Positions 37,167 through 49,047 of a DNA stretch of 64,000 nucleotides are shown in pieces (position 1 is the stretch's first letter; every line of letters begins with the position of its first letter). Below the pieces are notes generated by a model that saw nothing but the letters and a program-made list of their open reading frames with translations, did no database searches and was not told the DNA's origin. The stretch comes from Octopus sinensis (taxonomy: Eukaryota), in the NCBI RefSeq assembly GCF_006345805.1, contig NC_042999.1, positions 107,136,001 to 107,200,000 on the forward strand, given 5' to 3'. Position numbers and translations under genes: made by a program.

Positions 37167-40100
37167 GCAATTTTCTATCCACTTATAATAATAATACTGA
37201 TACTTAACATACAATTGTTATAATCATAATCATTTTAAATCATCCCCAGTGCTTGATACAAAATATCTTTTTAACCATGAAAGGTTAAAGGCATGCCATA
37301 ATTTATTTTGTTATTGTTATGCAGCGATTCCTTTCTTATACATACTAATTACTGCTTATCCTTTTAGGCCAGTATCATTTCACTAAACTTTCATCATCTG
37401 TATCTTTAAATTAACCAAAGAGAAATTTAAGGTTAATATAGTTACTATGTAAAACCCTCCTCTAATTGTGGAGGACATTCCTAATCCCGTTTCTCTATTA
37501 TCTATTTCGCCATATTGTAAACATGGCTTCCTGTCTTTTTCAATTCCTCCTTTGCTTTCAGGGCCATCCCATGTTATTCCATTCCCCAGAATTCCTTACA
37601 AAATACTCTCCCTCCCTCTCATTTAAATTATGTTCTACTCAATTTCCAAAGTTTCTAGATGGTGTGTAATTTTTGTTGCAGAATATTTCCTACGAATTAT
37701 ATTCAACCTCGTTGCTCCTTCGAAGTGGGCCCACCCTCCCACCTCCTCCACGAATACCGGAAGTTTCTACCTCTGTCTTGACTCCTCCCCACGTATACAT
37801 CCACTCGCACCCCTATGTCAGTTTTATTTGATCATATAGAGCAAAAACGGTGAAACGTATGCAGGTTGTAGTCTCACCCCTTCCACCAACACCGGAAGTT
37901 TCTACCTCTGTCTTACTTGACTATCCTCCCCCGCGTATACACCCCCCCAACCGCACCCCTATGTAGGGTTTTTTTTTTATCATATAGCGCAAAAACTGTG
38001 AAATGTATGCAGGTTGTAGTCTAGTGTTTCAGTATGAAATCTGCCAAATGCAAGCTTTCTTTTCAGGTACATGACATGGCTGTCCCTCATCCCAGGGTCT
38101 CAGAGGCCCACACTTCCCACACCCTCAGAGTTGGCACACTCAATGTTGGCACATTGAAAGGTAGGTCTGGAGAGATTGCTGAGCTGCTTGAATGGAGACG
38201 TGTGGATTTATGCTCACAGGCAAGAAACACAGGTACAAGATTTTCTGGGCAGAGAACACTGACGGGGTCGGGGGCGTGGGTATACTTCTTGCGGAGAAAT
38301 GGGTAGATAAGGTAATCGAGGTAGTCAGAGTAAGTGACAGAGTACTTAAGATTAGATTAGTGCTTCACCATAGGTCAGCTACCATCATCTCGGCATATGC
38401 CCCTCAACCAGGGCTACCGGAAAGACAGAAAGACCAATTCTACGACACCCTATTGCGGACTACCTCGTTGACAAATGACAGTGACCTTCTCTTTGTGGTA
38501 GGTGATTTCAATGGACATGTTGGACGGCATGTCGAGGGCTTCCATGGCGTTCATGGAGGCTACGGTTTTGGCGCTCGAAATGAGGAGGGAACCAGGCTGC
38601 TGGAGTTCTGTGATGCAAATGACCTTATGGTTTGCAATACCAACTTCAGGAAACCCACCTCTCACCTAGTCACCTACCGTTCTGGCAGACACACTAGTCA
38701 GATTAACTACATCCTCGCCAGAAAGAGGGAAAGAGGGCTGCTTATAAATGCCAAAACCTTTCCAGGCAAAGAATGTACTCCCCAACATAGATTAGTAGTT
38801 AGCGACTTCAGGATAAGAGCTAAATGGTTGCCCAGAAGAAGACCAGCTTGGAGGAGAAGGGTCTGGAAGCTTAAAGATCCTGCAAATGGACAGAGATTTA
38901 GAGACATACTACTCAAAGCCTTTGACGAAATAGAAGGGGATATAGCTTCACTTAATGTGGAAGACAGCTGGAGATTCCTACGGGACAATCTGCTGACAGC
39001 CACTGACCAGATCTGTGGATGGAGCAAAGTCCCATCTCGACCCAGAGTAACATGGTGGTGGAACACTGTGGTTGACAGGGCTATTAGACAAAAGAGACAG
39101 GCTTGGAAGGACTGGAAGAACGGTGGTAGCAGGGAATTGTATCAGACAGCCAGAAGGGAAGCTAGGAGACAGGTTTCTTTAGCCAGAGGGGAAGCGGATA
39201 AGAAAAAATTTGCCAATGTTCCTAGCCATGAGGATGAAAGACTTGAGGTATTTCGTGTTGCAAGACAGTGTGTGAGAGAGAATCGTGATGTGGTAGGAGA
39301 GAAGTGTGTTCGCATGGATGATGGTTCACTTGCGCTAAATGAGGATGCAAAGAGAGAGGTTTGGAGATGCCACTATGAAAGGTTGCTGAATAAAGAAAAT
39401 GAATGGGATAAAGAGAGTCTGCCGAATATTGACCCAACAGAGGGACCAGCAATCCGAGTTGATAGTTCCGTGGTAGCTAAGGCAATTAGAAGCATGAAGA
39501 CAGGGAAAGCCCCAGGCCCATCAGGAATTACTGCAGAGATGCTCAAAATATCTGGCAGTGTCGGCTATAACCTAGTCACCCGTATAGTCAACCAGGTGAT
39601 ACACGAAGGAGTCATACCCAATGACTGGTGTAGCAGCATACTAGTCACCTGCTACAAAGGTAAAGGTGATGCCCTAGATACAAATAATTACAGAGGTATC
39701 AAGCTGTTGGATCAGGTAATGAAGGTTACGGAGAGGGTCATAGCCCAACTAATCAGAGAGAGAGTTAGTTTAGATGAGATGCAGTTTGGGTTCATGCCAG
39801 GGAAAAGCACCACTGATGCTATATTCCTGGTAAGGCAGCTGCAGAAAAAATACCTAGCCAAAGATAAGCCCCTGTACCTGGCTTTCGTTGACATGGAGAA
39901 AGCCTTTGATAGGGTCCCCCGATCCCTCATCTGGTGGTCAATGAGGAAACTAGGGATAGATGAATGGCTGGTGAGGGCTGTGCAAGCCATGTACAGAGAT
40001 GCCGTAAGTAAGGTTAGGGTTGGCAACATGTACACAGAAGAATTCAAAGTAGAGGTTGGGGTCCACCAGGGTTCAGTACTCAGCCCCCTCCTATTTATCA

Positions 40101-41730
40101 TAGTCCTCCAGGCAATTGTGGAGGAATTCAAGACAGGTTGCCCCTGGAAGATCCTCTATGCTGACAACCTCGCTCTAATTGCTGAGTCACTATCAGAACT
40201 GGAGGAGAAGTTCCAGGTGTGGAAGGAGGGTTTAGAATCGAGGGGCCTTAGAGTCAACCTAGCTAAAACCAAAGTACTAATAAGTAGAAAGGTAGACAAT
40301 CCACATATATCCTCAGGAAGATGGCCCTGCTCGATCTGTAGAAAAGGTGTAGGTAGAAACTCTATAAGATGTACCCAGTGTAAGCTATGGACATATAAGA
40401 GGTGCAGCAATGTCAAAGGTAGGCTAACTGGGAAGATAGTTTTTGTATGTGGCAGATGCTCAGGAGCATTGACCTCCGAAAATCTGCAGAAAACAACTTC
40501 CGTCACTTTCCGGGGGGGAAAAACTAGAAGTAGTTGATAGCTTCCGCTATCTAGGTGACCAAGTCAGTAGTGGGGGTGGGTGCGCTGAAAGTGTAACTGC
40601 TAGAATAAGAATAGCCTGGGCAAAGTTTAGGGAGCTCTTACCTCTGCTGGTGACTAAAGGCCTCTCGCTCAGAGTAAAAGGCAGACTGTATGATGCATGT
40701 GTACGAACAGCTATGCTACATGGCAGTGAAACATGGGCCGTGACTGCTGAAGACATGCGTCAGCTCATGAGGAATGAAGCCAGTATGCTCCGATGGATGT
40801 GTAATGTCAGTGTACTTACTCGACAGAGCGTTAGTACCTTGAGAGAAATGTTGTACCTAAGAAGCATCAGTTGTGGTGTGCAAGAGAGACGATTGCGCTG
40901 GTATGGTCATGTGGCGAGAATGGATGAAGATAGGTGTGTGAGAAAGTGCCAATCCCTAGCAGTTGAGGGAACCCGTGGAAGAGGTAAACGCAGGAAAACC
41001 TGGGACGAGGTGGTGAAGCACGACTTTCGGACGTTAGGTCTCACCATGGAAATGACTAGAGACCGAGACCTTTGGAAGTATGCTGTGCGTGAGAAGACCC
41101 GGCAAGACTAGTGAAGCCATAACCCGTGGCCCCTACCTGGGACGTAGTCAGCCCACCTGTGCATACCTTCCTTCTTGTGACACTTCTGAAGACCTGTTGA
41201 GGCAAGTGAAAATCAAATCAAATCAAATCAAATCAAACCAAATCAAAATAGATGAACATCAATGGAATTTGTATCCTTGTGGTACCAGTGCCGGTGGCAC
41301 ATAAGAAAACCATCCGAACGTGACCGTAGCCAGTACCGCATCGACTGGCCTCTGTGCTGAGGGCACGTAACAAACACCATCCGAGCGTGGCCGTTCGCCA
41401 GCCTCGTCTGGCACCTGTGTCGGTGACACATAAGAAAACACCATCCGAGCATGGCCGCCTGACAGCCTCGTCTGGCACCTGTGTCGGTGGCACATAAAAA
41501 ACACCATCCGAGCGTGGCCGTCTGCCAGCCTCGTCTGGCACCTGTGTCGGTGGCACATAAAATCACCCACTACACTCTCGGAGTGGTTGGCGTTAGGAAG
41601 GGCATCCAGCTGTAGAAACACTGCCAGATCTCACTGGCCTGGTGCAGCCTTCGGGCTTGCCAGACCCCAGTTGAACCGTCCAACCCATGCTAGCATGGAA
41701 AGCGGACGTTAAACGATGATGATGATGATA
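37163..41730 (+). mobile_element. RTE-clade LINE copy A with ~870-bp upstream block, inactive
   Basis: APE motifs (GTLNV, SAYAP, GDFNGHVG), RT motifs (KAPGPSGI, DMEKAFD, HQGSVLSPLLF, YADN), C-terminal GSETW...RRLRWYGHV, and a 3'UTR with (AAATC)n, a minisatellite and a (GAT)n tail. No TSD found. Confidence 0.95.
38034..41111 (+). pseudogene. RTE ORF (APE-RT-PHD-like) in three frames, copy A
   Basis: ORFs 38034..38306, 38192..40537 and 40650..41111. Lesions: 43-nt deletion near 38213, IDYI to INYI, YADD to YADN, PHD His to Tyr, and a frameshift at the poly-G near 40512. Confidence 0.9.
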
Positions 41731-41769
41731 ATGATCATGTTAAACAAGCAACAGAACTTTCTTTCTAAC

Positions 41770-41950
41770 CCAATATTCTTACACTTGATTTCATCCATCT
41801 GTATGTTCTGAGTTCAAATTCTGCTAAGGTCAACTTTGTCTTTCATCCTCTCAGGGTCAATAAAATAATTACCTATTGAACACTGGGGTCAATGTAATTG
41901 ACTTGCTCCCTACCCTGAAATGTTGGTCTTGCACCAAAATTTGAAACAAA
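41770..41950 (+). mobile_element. SINE family D, degenerate
   Basis: GAGTTCAAATTCTGC and CTTTCATCCTCTCAGGGTCAATAAAAT core. Confidence 0.65.
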
Positions 41951-42435
41951 TATTTTACCTCTGGTATCTTGAAAAGGAAAAGTAAATTGTTCTTGATGAA
42001 TGTCAACAAATAATAAAGCCAGTCGGCCTGATCATTATCCCAAGCTGCAAAAGAGGTTCACATGGGATGTAATTTAAAAGCAAGATTAAATATATGCAGA
42101 TACAACCATATTTCTGTTTAATAAAAGCAATTAGCCAACAATGGAACTATGTAAACTTGACAACTCCTCATAACTCATGTTCCAGCAAGCATAGAATAAA
42201 CACATTGAGAAATACAGATCACAAGAATAGGTGGTAGGACTACAGTGTAATTGATAGGTATTTCAATAGATCAATCGATCAATCAATGGAGGGAGAGATG
42301 GTTGGAGGGGTAGGTGGATGTTTAAGTAGGTAAATGGCGAGATGGACAGGTACACTACACTAAATTTAACCGGACTTTCAGTATTGAGTCTCCACACCAA
42401 TAAATGTGACATTGTTTTTCTTAAATTAGCTTTAA

Positions 42436-42649
42436 CCCTTTAGCATTTAGACCAGCCATATCCAGCCCAAATATTCTACCTATTTTATGTCCAAACCAAC
42501 CAAATCTGGCCTCTCACACCTACCATATAATGTCATTCTAAAAATTAATATTTAATAAATATCAAAGCTATGAGATAATGCATGATAAATCCAAAACAAT
42601 ATGAATAAATAAGCATTACATTTGATAAAGTATTCTAAATGCTAAAGAG
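42436..42649. mobile_element. piggyBac-type MITE
   Basis: TTAA-CCCTTTAGCATT...AATGCTAAAGAG-TTAA. A second copy lies at 51753-51972 and a partial one near 17990-18125. Confidence 0.85.
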
Positions 42650-43444
42650 TTAAAATGATAACCTTAACTACCCTCCCTAATTCTTCTGTCTGTATGCTCT
42701 CTCTGTTTTCTGTCTTTGGACATACTGTTTTGATATTACCTGTCACATTGTCACCAACATATTTACATCTGTTTTTGGCACCATTGCACCCCCACCCACT
42801 CATGTAAAATGCAAGGTAACAATGACATTTTTCCACAACAATAAACTTGTTCATGCTCCTACCATTATACTTTAAGCTCTCAACACTTTATATAAAGCAA
42901 CAACTTTATCTCCAATTTTACTCCTTTTTTGAAGGGGCTCTTTAGAGTTACAAGGTGACTAATGCTGATTCCATAAAGAAACTACCCAGTACACTCCGTA
43001 AAGTGGTTGGCATTAGGAAGGACATCCAGCCATAGAAACAATGCCAAAACTGAAACACAGGAGCAAGGAGTGGTCCTCTGACCTACTGGATCCTGTCAGA
43101 ATGTCTAACCCATGCCAGCATGGAAAGCAGAAGTGGAAATGATGATAATGATAGTGATGAATCTTACAGACAGACAGACAGACAGATAGATGAAGAAAGA
43201 AAGGGAGAGAGAGTGAGATGGGGCCAGAGAGCATTGATTTTCAACTTCTTAGTGCTAGGAAAATTAAGCTAAACTTCAGCATACCTTGATACAGGATACA
43301 ATTCACAGAATAAGCTCCTTAGTTGTCACTTGACTTGTAGATAATAGCAACCACATCTTACTCAAATTATACACTGCAGCAGAGATTTCCAAATATAATC
43401 TTCTGTAGTTTTTTTATTATCTGCATTTATGAATTAAATACTAT

Positions 43445-43752
43445 GTGAAAAAACATTCAAGTTAGGTCGTTGCCAGTGCTGCTGGACTGGCTCCTGTGCA
43501 AGTGGCACATAAAAAACACCATTGATCATGGCCGTTGCCAGTACCACTTGACTAGCCCTCGTGCCACTGGCACGTAAAAGCACCCACTACTCTCTCGGAG
43601 TGGTTGGTGTTAGGAAGGACATCCAGCTGTAGAAACTCTGCTAGATCAGATTGGAGTCTGGTGCAGCCATCTGGTTCGCCAGACCTCAGTCAAATCATCC
43701 AACCCATGCTAGCATGGAAAGCAGACGTTAAATGATGAAGATGATGATGATG
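43445..43752 (+). mobile_element. RTE 3'UTR copy (same subtype as 5151-5645)
   Basis: Shares GATCAGATTGGAGTCTGGTGCAGCCATCTG and the (GAT)n tail. Confidence 0.8.
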
Positions 43753-44749
43753 TAATACTCTTTTTAATTGCAATTTTTGGATTTATATAAAATATCTCCC
43801 TCCCCCCAAAAGAAAAAAATTATGTTAGCTTTAAAGAGCACTATAAATAAAAAACAGTGTGGGAAATATTGTATACAGTCTTAAAACAGATAAAACATAT
43901 TGGATAAATTAGTCCTAGATATACAATGACTGGAAAGTGTATGGTCACATCTGGAAGGCTTTTTATCAAAGGTCTACTTCATTCAAGATGACCTGCAACA
44001 ACAATTCTACATAAATATTATACAATATAGTCTAGATGAACCACTAGTAGTTCATGACTAAGTTTTAGTGATTTACAATGAGCTACATAAGTCCAAAGAA
44101 GTTTCTAATTTTTTATATAAGACAATTTAAAAGCCTAAATTAATTAAAAGCAAATTTACATGTAGATTAATTTTGTTTAATTTAAAAGATTTATGTTCTT
44201 CTGTGTCACATAATACAATTAAAAGTAAATTTATATTTGGTGAATTCGTGAAGTTTTCCTCATGAATTTTATGAACCAATTTCAGGAAAAAGTCATGTAC
44301 GGCTACTTTAAAGAACAGCTCTCTCAGAGACAGATGACAAATACAAGAGTTTCTCTCTAAATTTTAATTAATTAATCACCAGACTTCTCATGCTAATATG
44401 ATCAACCAATTGCTTTTTCTTGTCAGTACCCTTAACCATAGCTTCTAGCCCATCAATACACCAAAATGTTCTTACCACCTTTGTTAGTTGAATTATGATA
44501 AATGTAACATAACTGAAAGAATGCAAATATTTGAATTTTTCTATGTAGGTTTCTATTTATATTAATAGTAACACACTGCCTGTTTCTTGATGATGTCTGG
44601 AATGGTATTGGCTTGGTGGTATCTGGATAGGCATTGATTAAGCAATGTCTGGTAAGAAGACACTGAATAGAAAGTAACAGAAGGGGGCATTGGATTTGAA
44701 GTAGCTGGAATATCATTGATTTTGCTGTGCCGATGGCTGTAAAATGGTG

Positions 44750-44935
44750 ATGGTGGTGTACTTATGGCCATTGTAATGGTAGCTATTGTGGTAATGATAT
44801 TTGTAACTGTGGTGAGGGATTTAGTAGATGGTGGTGGTGGTGGTGGTTATGGTGGTGGAGGCGGCAGTGGCGGCAGCAGTGGTGGTGGCAGTGATGGTGG
44901 TGGTTGTGGTGGTGACAGGTTTGATGATGATGAAG
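44750..44935. repeat. Imperfect (GGT/GGC/GAT)n trinucleotide tract
   Basis: Read directly from the sequence. Confidence 0.85.
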
Positions 44936-45545
44936 AATTCAATCTGTTTTGGTATTGATAAAATGGATTTTAAATTGGTATGGAATTTCATCCAGTCTTT
45001 TAGAAATTAGTTTCTGTGCATCCAAGTGTATTAATGGCCAGTCCAGTGCAATAAAAGTAGTGAACAAGAAACCAAATTAGGTGCTAATTTAAAGAGAATT
45101 AACAGTCCAAGAGAATTCTATTGTCTTTAAATGTTGCTAATTTCACATCCACATAATATTATCATCTCTTTACATCTTCTATGCATTAAGATTTCCACAT
45201 AACACGTATTTATAAATAGTTGTACACATAGATGAACTAGACAAAATTTGGATAGTGCGGAGACAAACAGACTGAAATATTAAGTGTATTCATATAAATA
45301 CATCCCAATCCCATGTATATTCATATATAATAAGATTTAGTACTGGTTTCAGTTTTGGACTATGACCATACTTTCAGCAAGAGTTGCAGTCAATCATATG
45401 AATCCCAGTACTACTTATTTCAGTCTGGTACTTGCTGAATCAATATCTGTTTGTTAAATCAATAATTACACCTTAAGAGATAACACTGATGTTTAGAACT
45501 GCTGTAGTGTCAAACACATATACATACAGTGGTGTAGCCACTCTA

Positions 45546-45856
45546 GTTCTCTTTTCACCCTTTTCAAGCCTAGCCAGGCTCATGGGCCCAGTTTCCCGGT
45601 TTCTGTGGTGTATGTGTTCCCCCCAGCTGAACAGGACGCCAGTCCATCGCAGCATTACTCAAGAAACAGGAAGAGAGAGTGAGAGAAAGTAGTGGTGAAA
45701 GAGTACAACAGGGGTCGCCCCCTCCCTGCCAGGGCCTCGTGGAGCTTTTAGGTGTTTCCGTTCAATAAACACACACAACGCCCGGTCTGGGAATCGAAAC
45801 TGCAATTCTCCAACCACAAGTCCACTGCCCTAACCACCGGGCCAGTGTGCCTCCAC
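45546..45856 (-). mobile_element. SINE family C variant
   Basis: Head GTGGAGGCACACTGGCCCGGTGGTTAGGGCAGTGGAC...TTCGATTCCCAGACCGGG, homologous to the head at 29706. Confidence 0.8.
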
Positions 45857-45970
45857 AGCCACTCTATTAACTAATGTATTATTACTAACAGTTTCAAGAT
45901 AGATTTAAAAACCAGAATCAAACATTTGGCAATTGACAATATAAAGCCAACAATCTTCCATGTGTATGTA

Positions 45971-46002
<32 letters not shown>

Positions 46003-48149
46003 GATATGCCTTCATGAAAGTTTACTGATCTTATATTGTCCAGTGATTGATTAGGCTTTTTTCAAACTTTATCATGAAACTATCAGTATCAAAGTGTTAG
46101 ATAATACAATAATTATTCCAATATATATGTGATAATACTAAAATCCATTTTCGCTCTCATAATTTTATTTACAGTATATACTTAATACCCAGTGTTGCTT
46201 GGTCAGTCCTCAGTTGTTGGCTAATTAGCTAAATTCATTTGTCTTTCAGTGTGAACCAGATGCAATTTATCATGGTACTAGAGAGATTATTTTGGCAAGG
46301 CTAAGAACTCTGTGTCAGTTCTTATTCAAGGTTACTAACTTCTTGGATGTGTAGTTATTGATATGGCTTACAGCATTTACATCTCATTCATATCAAAGGC
46401 AAAAATCTTAAAAAGCAAATTGTTGAAAGTTGTTCATAAACATTGAGAAATTGACATTAGATCAGATTATGAATGAACATTGAGTACTGAACACTTACAC
46501 TGACATGAGTGGTAAGAGTTATATACTTTGCTGGTGTTGTTGTTGTCATTGTCATCCATTGTCACCTTCATCATCATAGCCATTGCTGCCACCACTGATT
46601 ATCATCATCATATTTTTCATGCTCACAAGAACTGAACAGCTGTAACAGCATCTCACTTCTTGTCATACTTCTTTCTCATCTGATCCTCACAGCAGAGAAT
46701 CAATCTGTGTAGGTATATGTCTTTCTCTTTTTCTTTCTTTCTTTCTTTTTTTTATGGTGGAGCAGTGTATGAAATATTGTGTGCCCTCCTTATCACCAAC
46801 CTTTTTTGCTAATTTTAGTTTTATTTGTGTATCTGGGACTATATTAATTAACATGGTCATATCTTTATTCTAAAATCCAAAAAGATAAACATTATAGGAT
46901 ATGATATTTTGAGAAAGATTTGTCTTCGTAATGAATGACCAGCAACCACATAAATGCTCTCCTGTTGACTATTAGATACTGAATTATTATGCCAATGTAT
47001 TTGAAACATCAAAACTTTAAAATCCTTATTAGCAGGCATGGCATTGTAGTTAAAAAGTTTTTTTCACAACTACATGATAATTTTAGGTTCAATCCCACAG
47101 TGTGACAATTTCATCTAATGTCTTTTACCAGAGCTTCAAATTCATCAAAACTTCTTGGATGAAATCTAACCAGCAGATGGTTATATCAAAGTCCATTGAA
47201 GGGACTGTTTCTGTTGATAAGTGATCACCTTAATCTGGTGTTGGTTAAGGTGATCACTTATCTAGAGCAAAATTTCAAATACAAATTTTATGCAATCCAT
47301 CATCATCATGATTATCATTACCCAGATACCTTTTGCAAGTATTTGAACCAGGTCTCTGGTCTGTAGACATCTTCCTTAATTCCACCCACCAGCTAAATAG
47401 ACTCTGAAAACATTAAGAGAACAGTTGTTTTCCCTCTCACTATACCTTTAAAAAAATCAAGACATGGGTTATATTAATGGATAATGAGAGGCAGGTGTCA
47501 GTGTTGTGTATTGATAGAAAATGCTGCATTTGTTGAGAAGTATACCAATTATGTCATAAGCAGAAGTAATTAAGATATCGTTGAATATATTAATAGTCAA
47601 AGACGTAAACAACACATGATGAAGCCATGTGCAACAATAACTGCATTTCAAACATGTGATGAGATCATGATGCTAGTTAAGATGGTTAGGATGATCATGA
47701 TGATGACAGATCATGCAAGATTTGTATTTGAAATTTTGCTCAAAATGAGTAAAGTTTCTGCTATTTTAGAATGAAAAAAAACAATTTTTTCTGCAGTCCT
47801 TTGTGCATTGCAGAATAATCAACATGTAATTATTATAGACACATGCACTGAGAAAATACATGCACACAAACATAAAATACATTCATACACACACATAAAG
47901 ACAGAAATATATGCCATGTAAAGTATCCGAGGTCAATAACCAACAAAATGCATTTGTCACAAATACTGACTCAATAGTGTTAGTTTTGGCTGCCCTGTGT
48001 GGCTGCCAAATTAGCCAACATATTCCTTAGATAAATCATAGCTTTAAATAACAAACACATGTATCACACATATTTAAAGTGGCCACACTTTGTGGTTCAC
48101 ACACTCAGAATCCCCACACTTGATGCTACAGTACTAACAACAAATAGGG

Positions 48150-48452
48150 TTGCTTGTTCCTTCTCAAGCCATGCCTTGCTCATAGAGCCAGTTTCCCAGT
48201 TTCCTTGGCATATAGGTTCCCCACCTGGATGGGACACTGGTTTGTTGCAGGTGATGTGAAAGAAGCAGGAGGAAAGAGTAAGAGAAAGTTGTTGCATAAG
48301 AGTCAGCAGAAGTTTGCCATTACCTTCTGCCGAAGCCGCGTGGAGCTTAGGTGTTTCACTCATAAACACACACATCGCCCGGTCTGAGATTCAAACTCAT
48401 GATCCCTTGACCACGAGTTCACTGCTCTAACCACTAGGCCATATGCCTCCAC
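48150..48452 (-). mobile_element. SINE family C
   Basis: Reverse complement aligns with 29706-30015 along its whole length. Confidence 0.85.
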
Positions 48453-48849
48453 CAACAAATAGAGTGGTATGTTATGTGCCAACAAGAGTGCCTAAGCATG
48501 CTTGTTCAGTCTGTTAATCTATGAAATATAAAGTCAAACCTCCTTCAAATCTCCCACAATAACCAGTTTAGGACATATTGGATAATGTATATACTAGTTA
48601 CACAACAATAGCAACAATAACAACCACAATGAGAAACATCAAACGTAATAACAACAATGAGAGACATTAACTAACACGGCAATCACAACAGATGTGAAAA
48701 TAAGAAAAGGGACAGTCATGCCTGAATTTATATTACTATAGGGTGTTTGGGCTAAATTTGAGTTTGCATAAAAGGAAAAGAAAACACAATATTTCGTTTT
48801 TGGATTTGGTTTGCAAGATTCTTTATATGAGTTCATATGTTGAAGCATA

Positions 48850-49047
48850 TTCTGTTGTGTCTGGGGAGAGTCATTTTCTTTTTGTGTCTTACAATGTAAC
48901 ACACTCACCGGTAAAATTGAAAGGTTGCAAGACACAAGGAAAATTTTAAGAAAATAAAAAAAAGAAGAAATAAGTGGAAATTTTACCGGTGAGTGTGTTA
49001 CATTATAAGGTACAAATAGAAAATGACTCTCCCCAGACACAACAGAA
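48850..49047. repeat. Foldback element with 69-bp inverted arms and a 60-bp purine-rich spacer
   Basis: 48850-48918 and 48979-49047 are reverse complements with about 4 mismatches. Confidence 0.9.

Noticed and set aside
39712-40506. Antisense ORFs over the RTE copies (also 61798..62613)
   Set aside because: They are shadow frames of the RT coding strand.
41260-41560. Regularly spaced repeats resembling a CRISPR array (also 63380-63590, 8330-8540)
   Set aside because: Spacers are homologous to each other, the context is a eukaryotic LINE 3'UTR, and there are no cas genes; this is a minisatellite.
37163-41730. RTE copies as active or domesticated genes
   Set aside because: Both lack the APE QE motif and have frameshifts; A has YADN and B has substitutions in conserved RT glycines.
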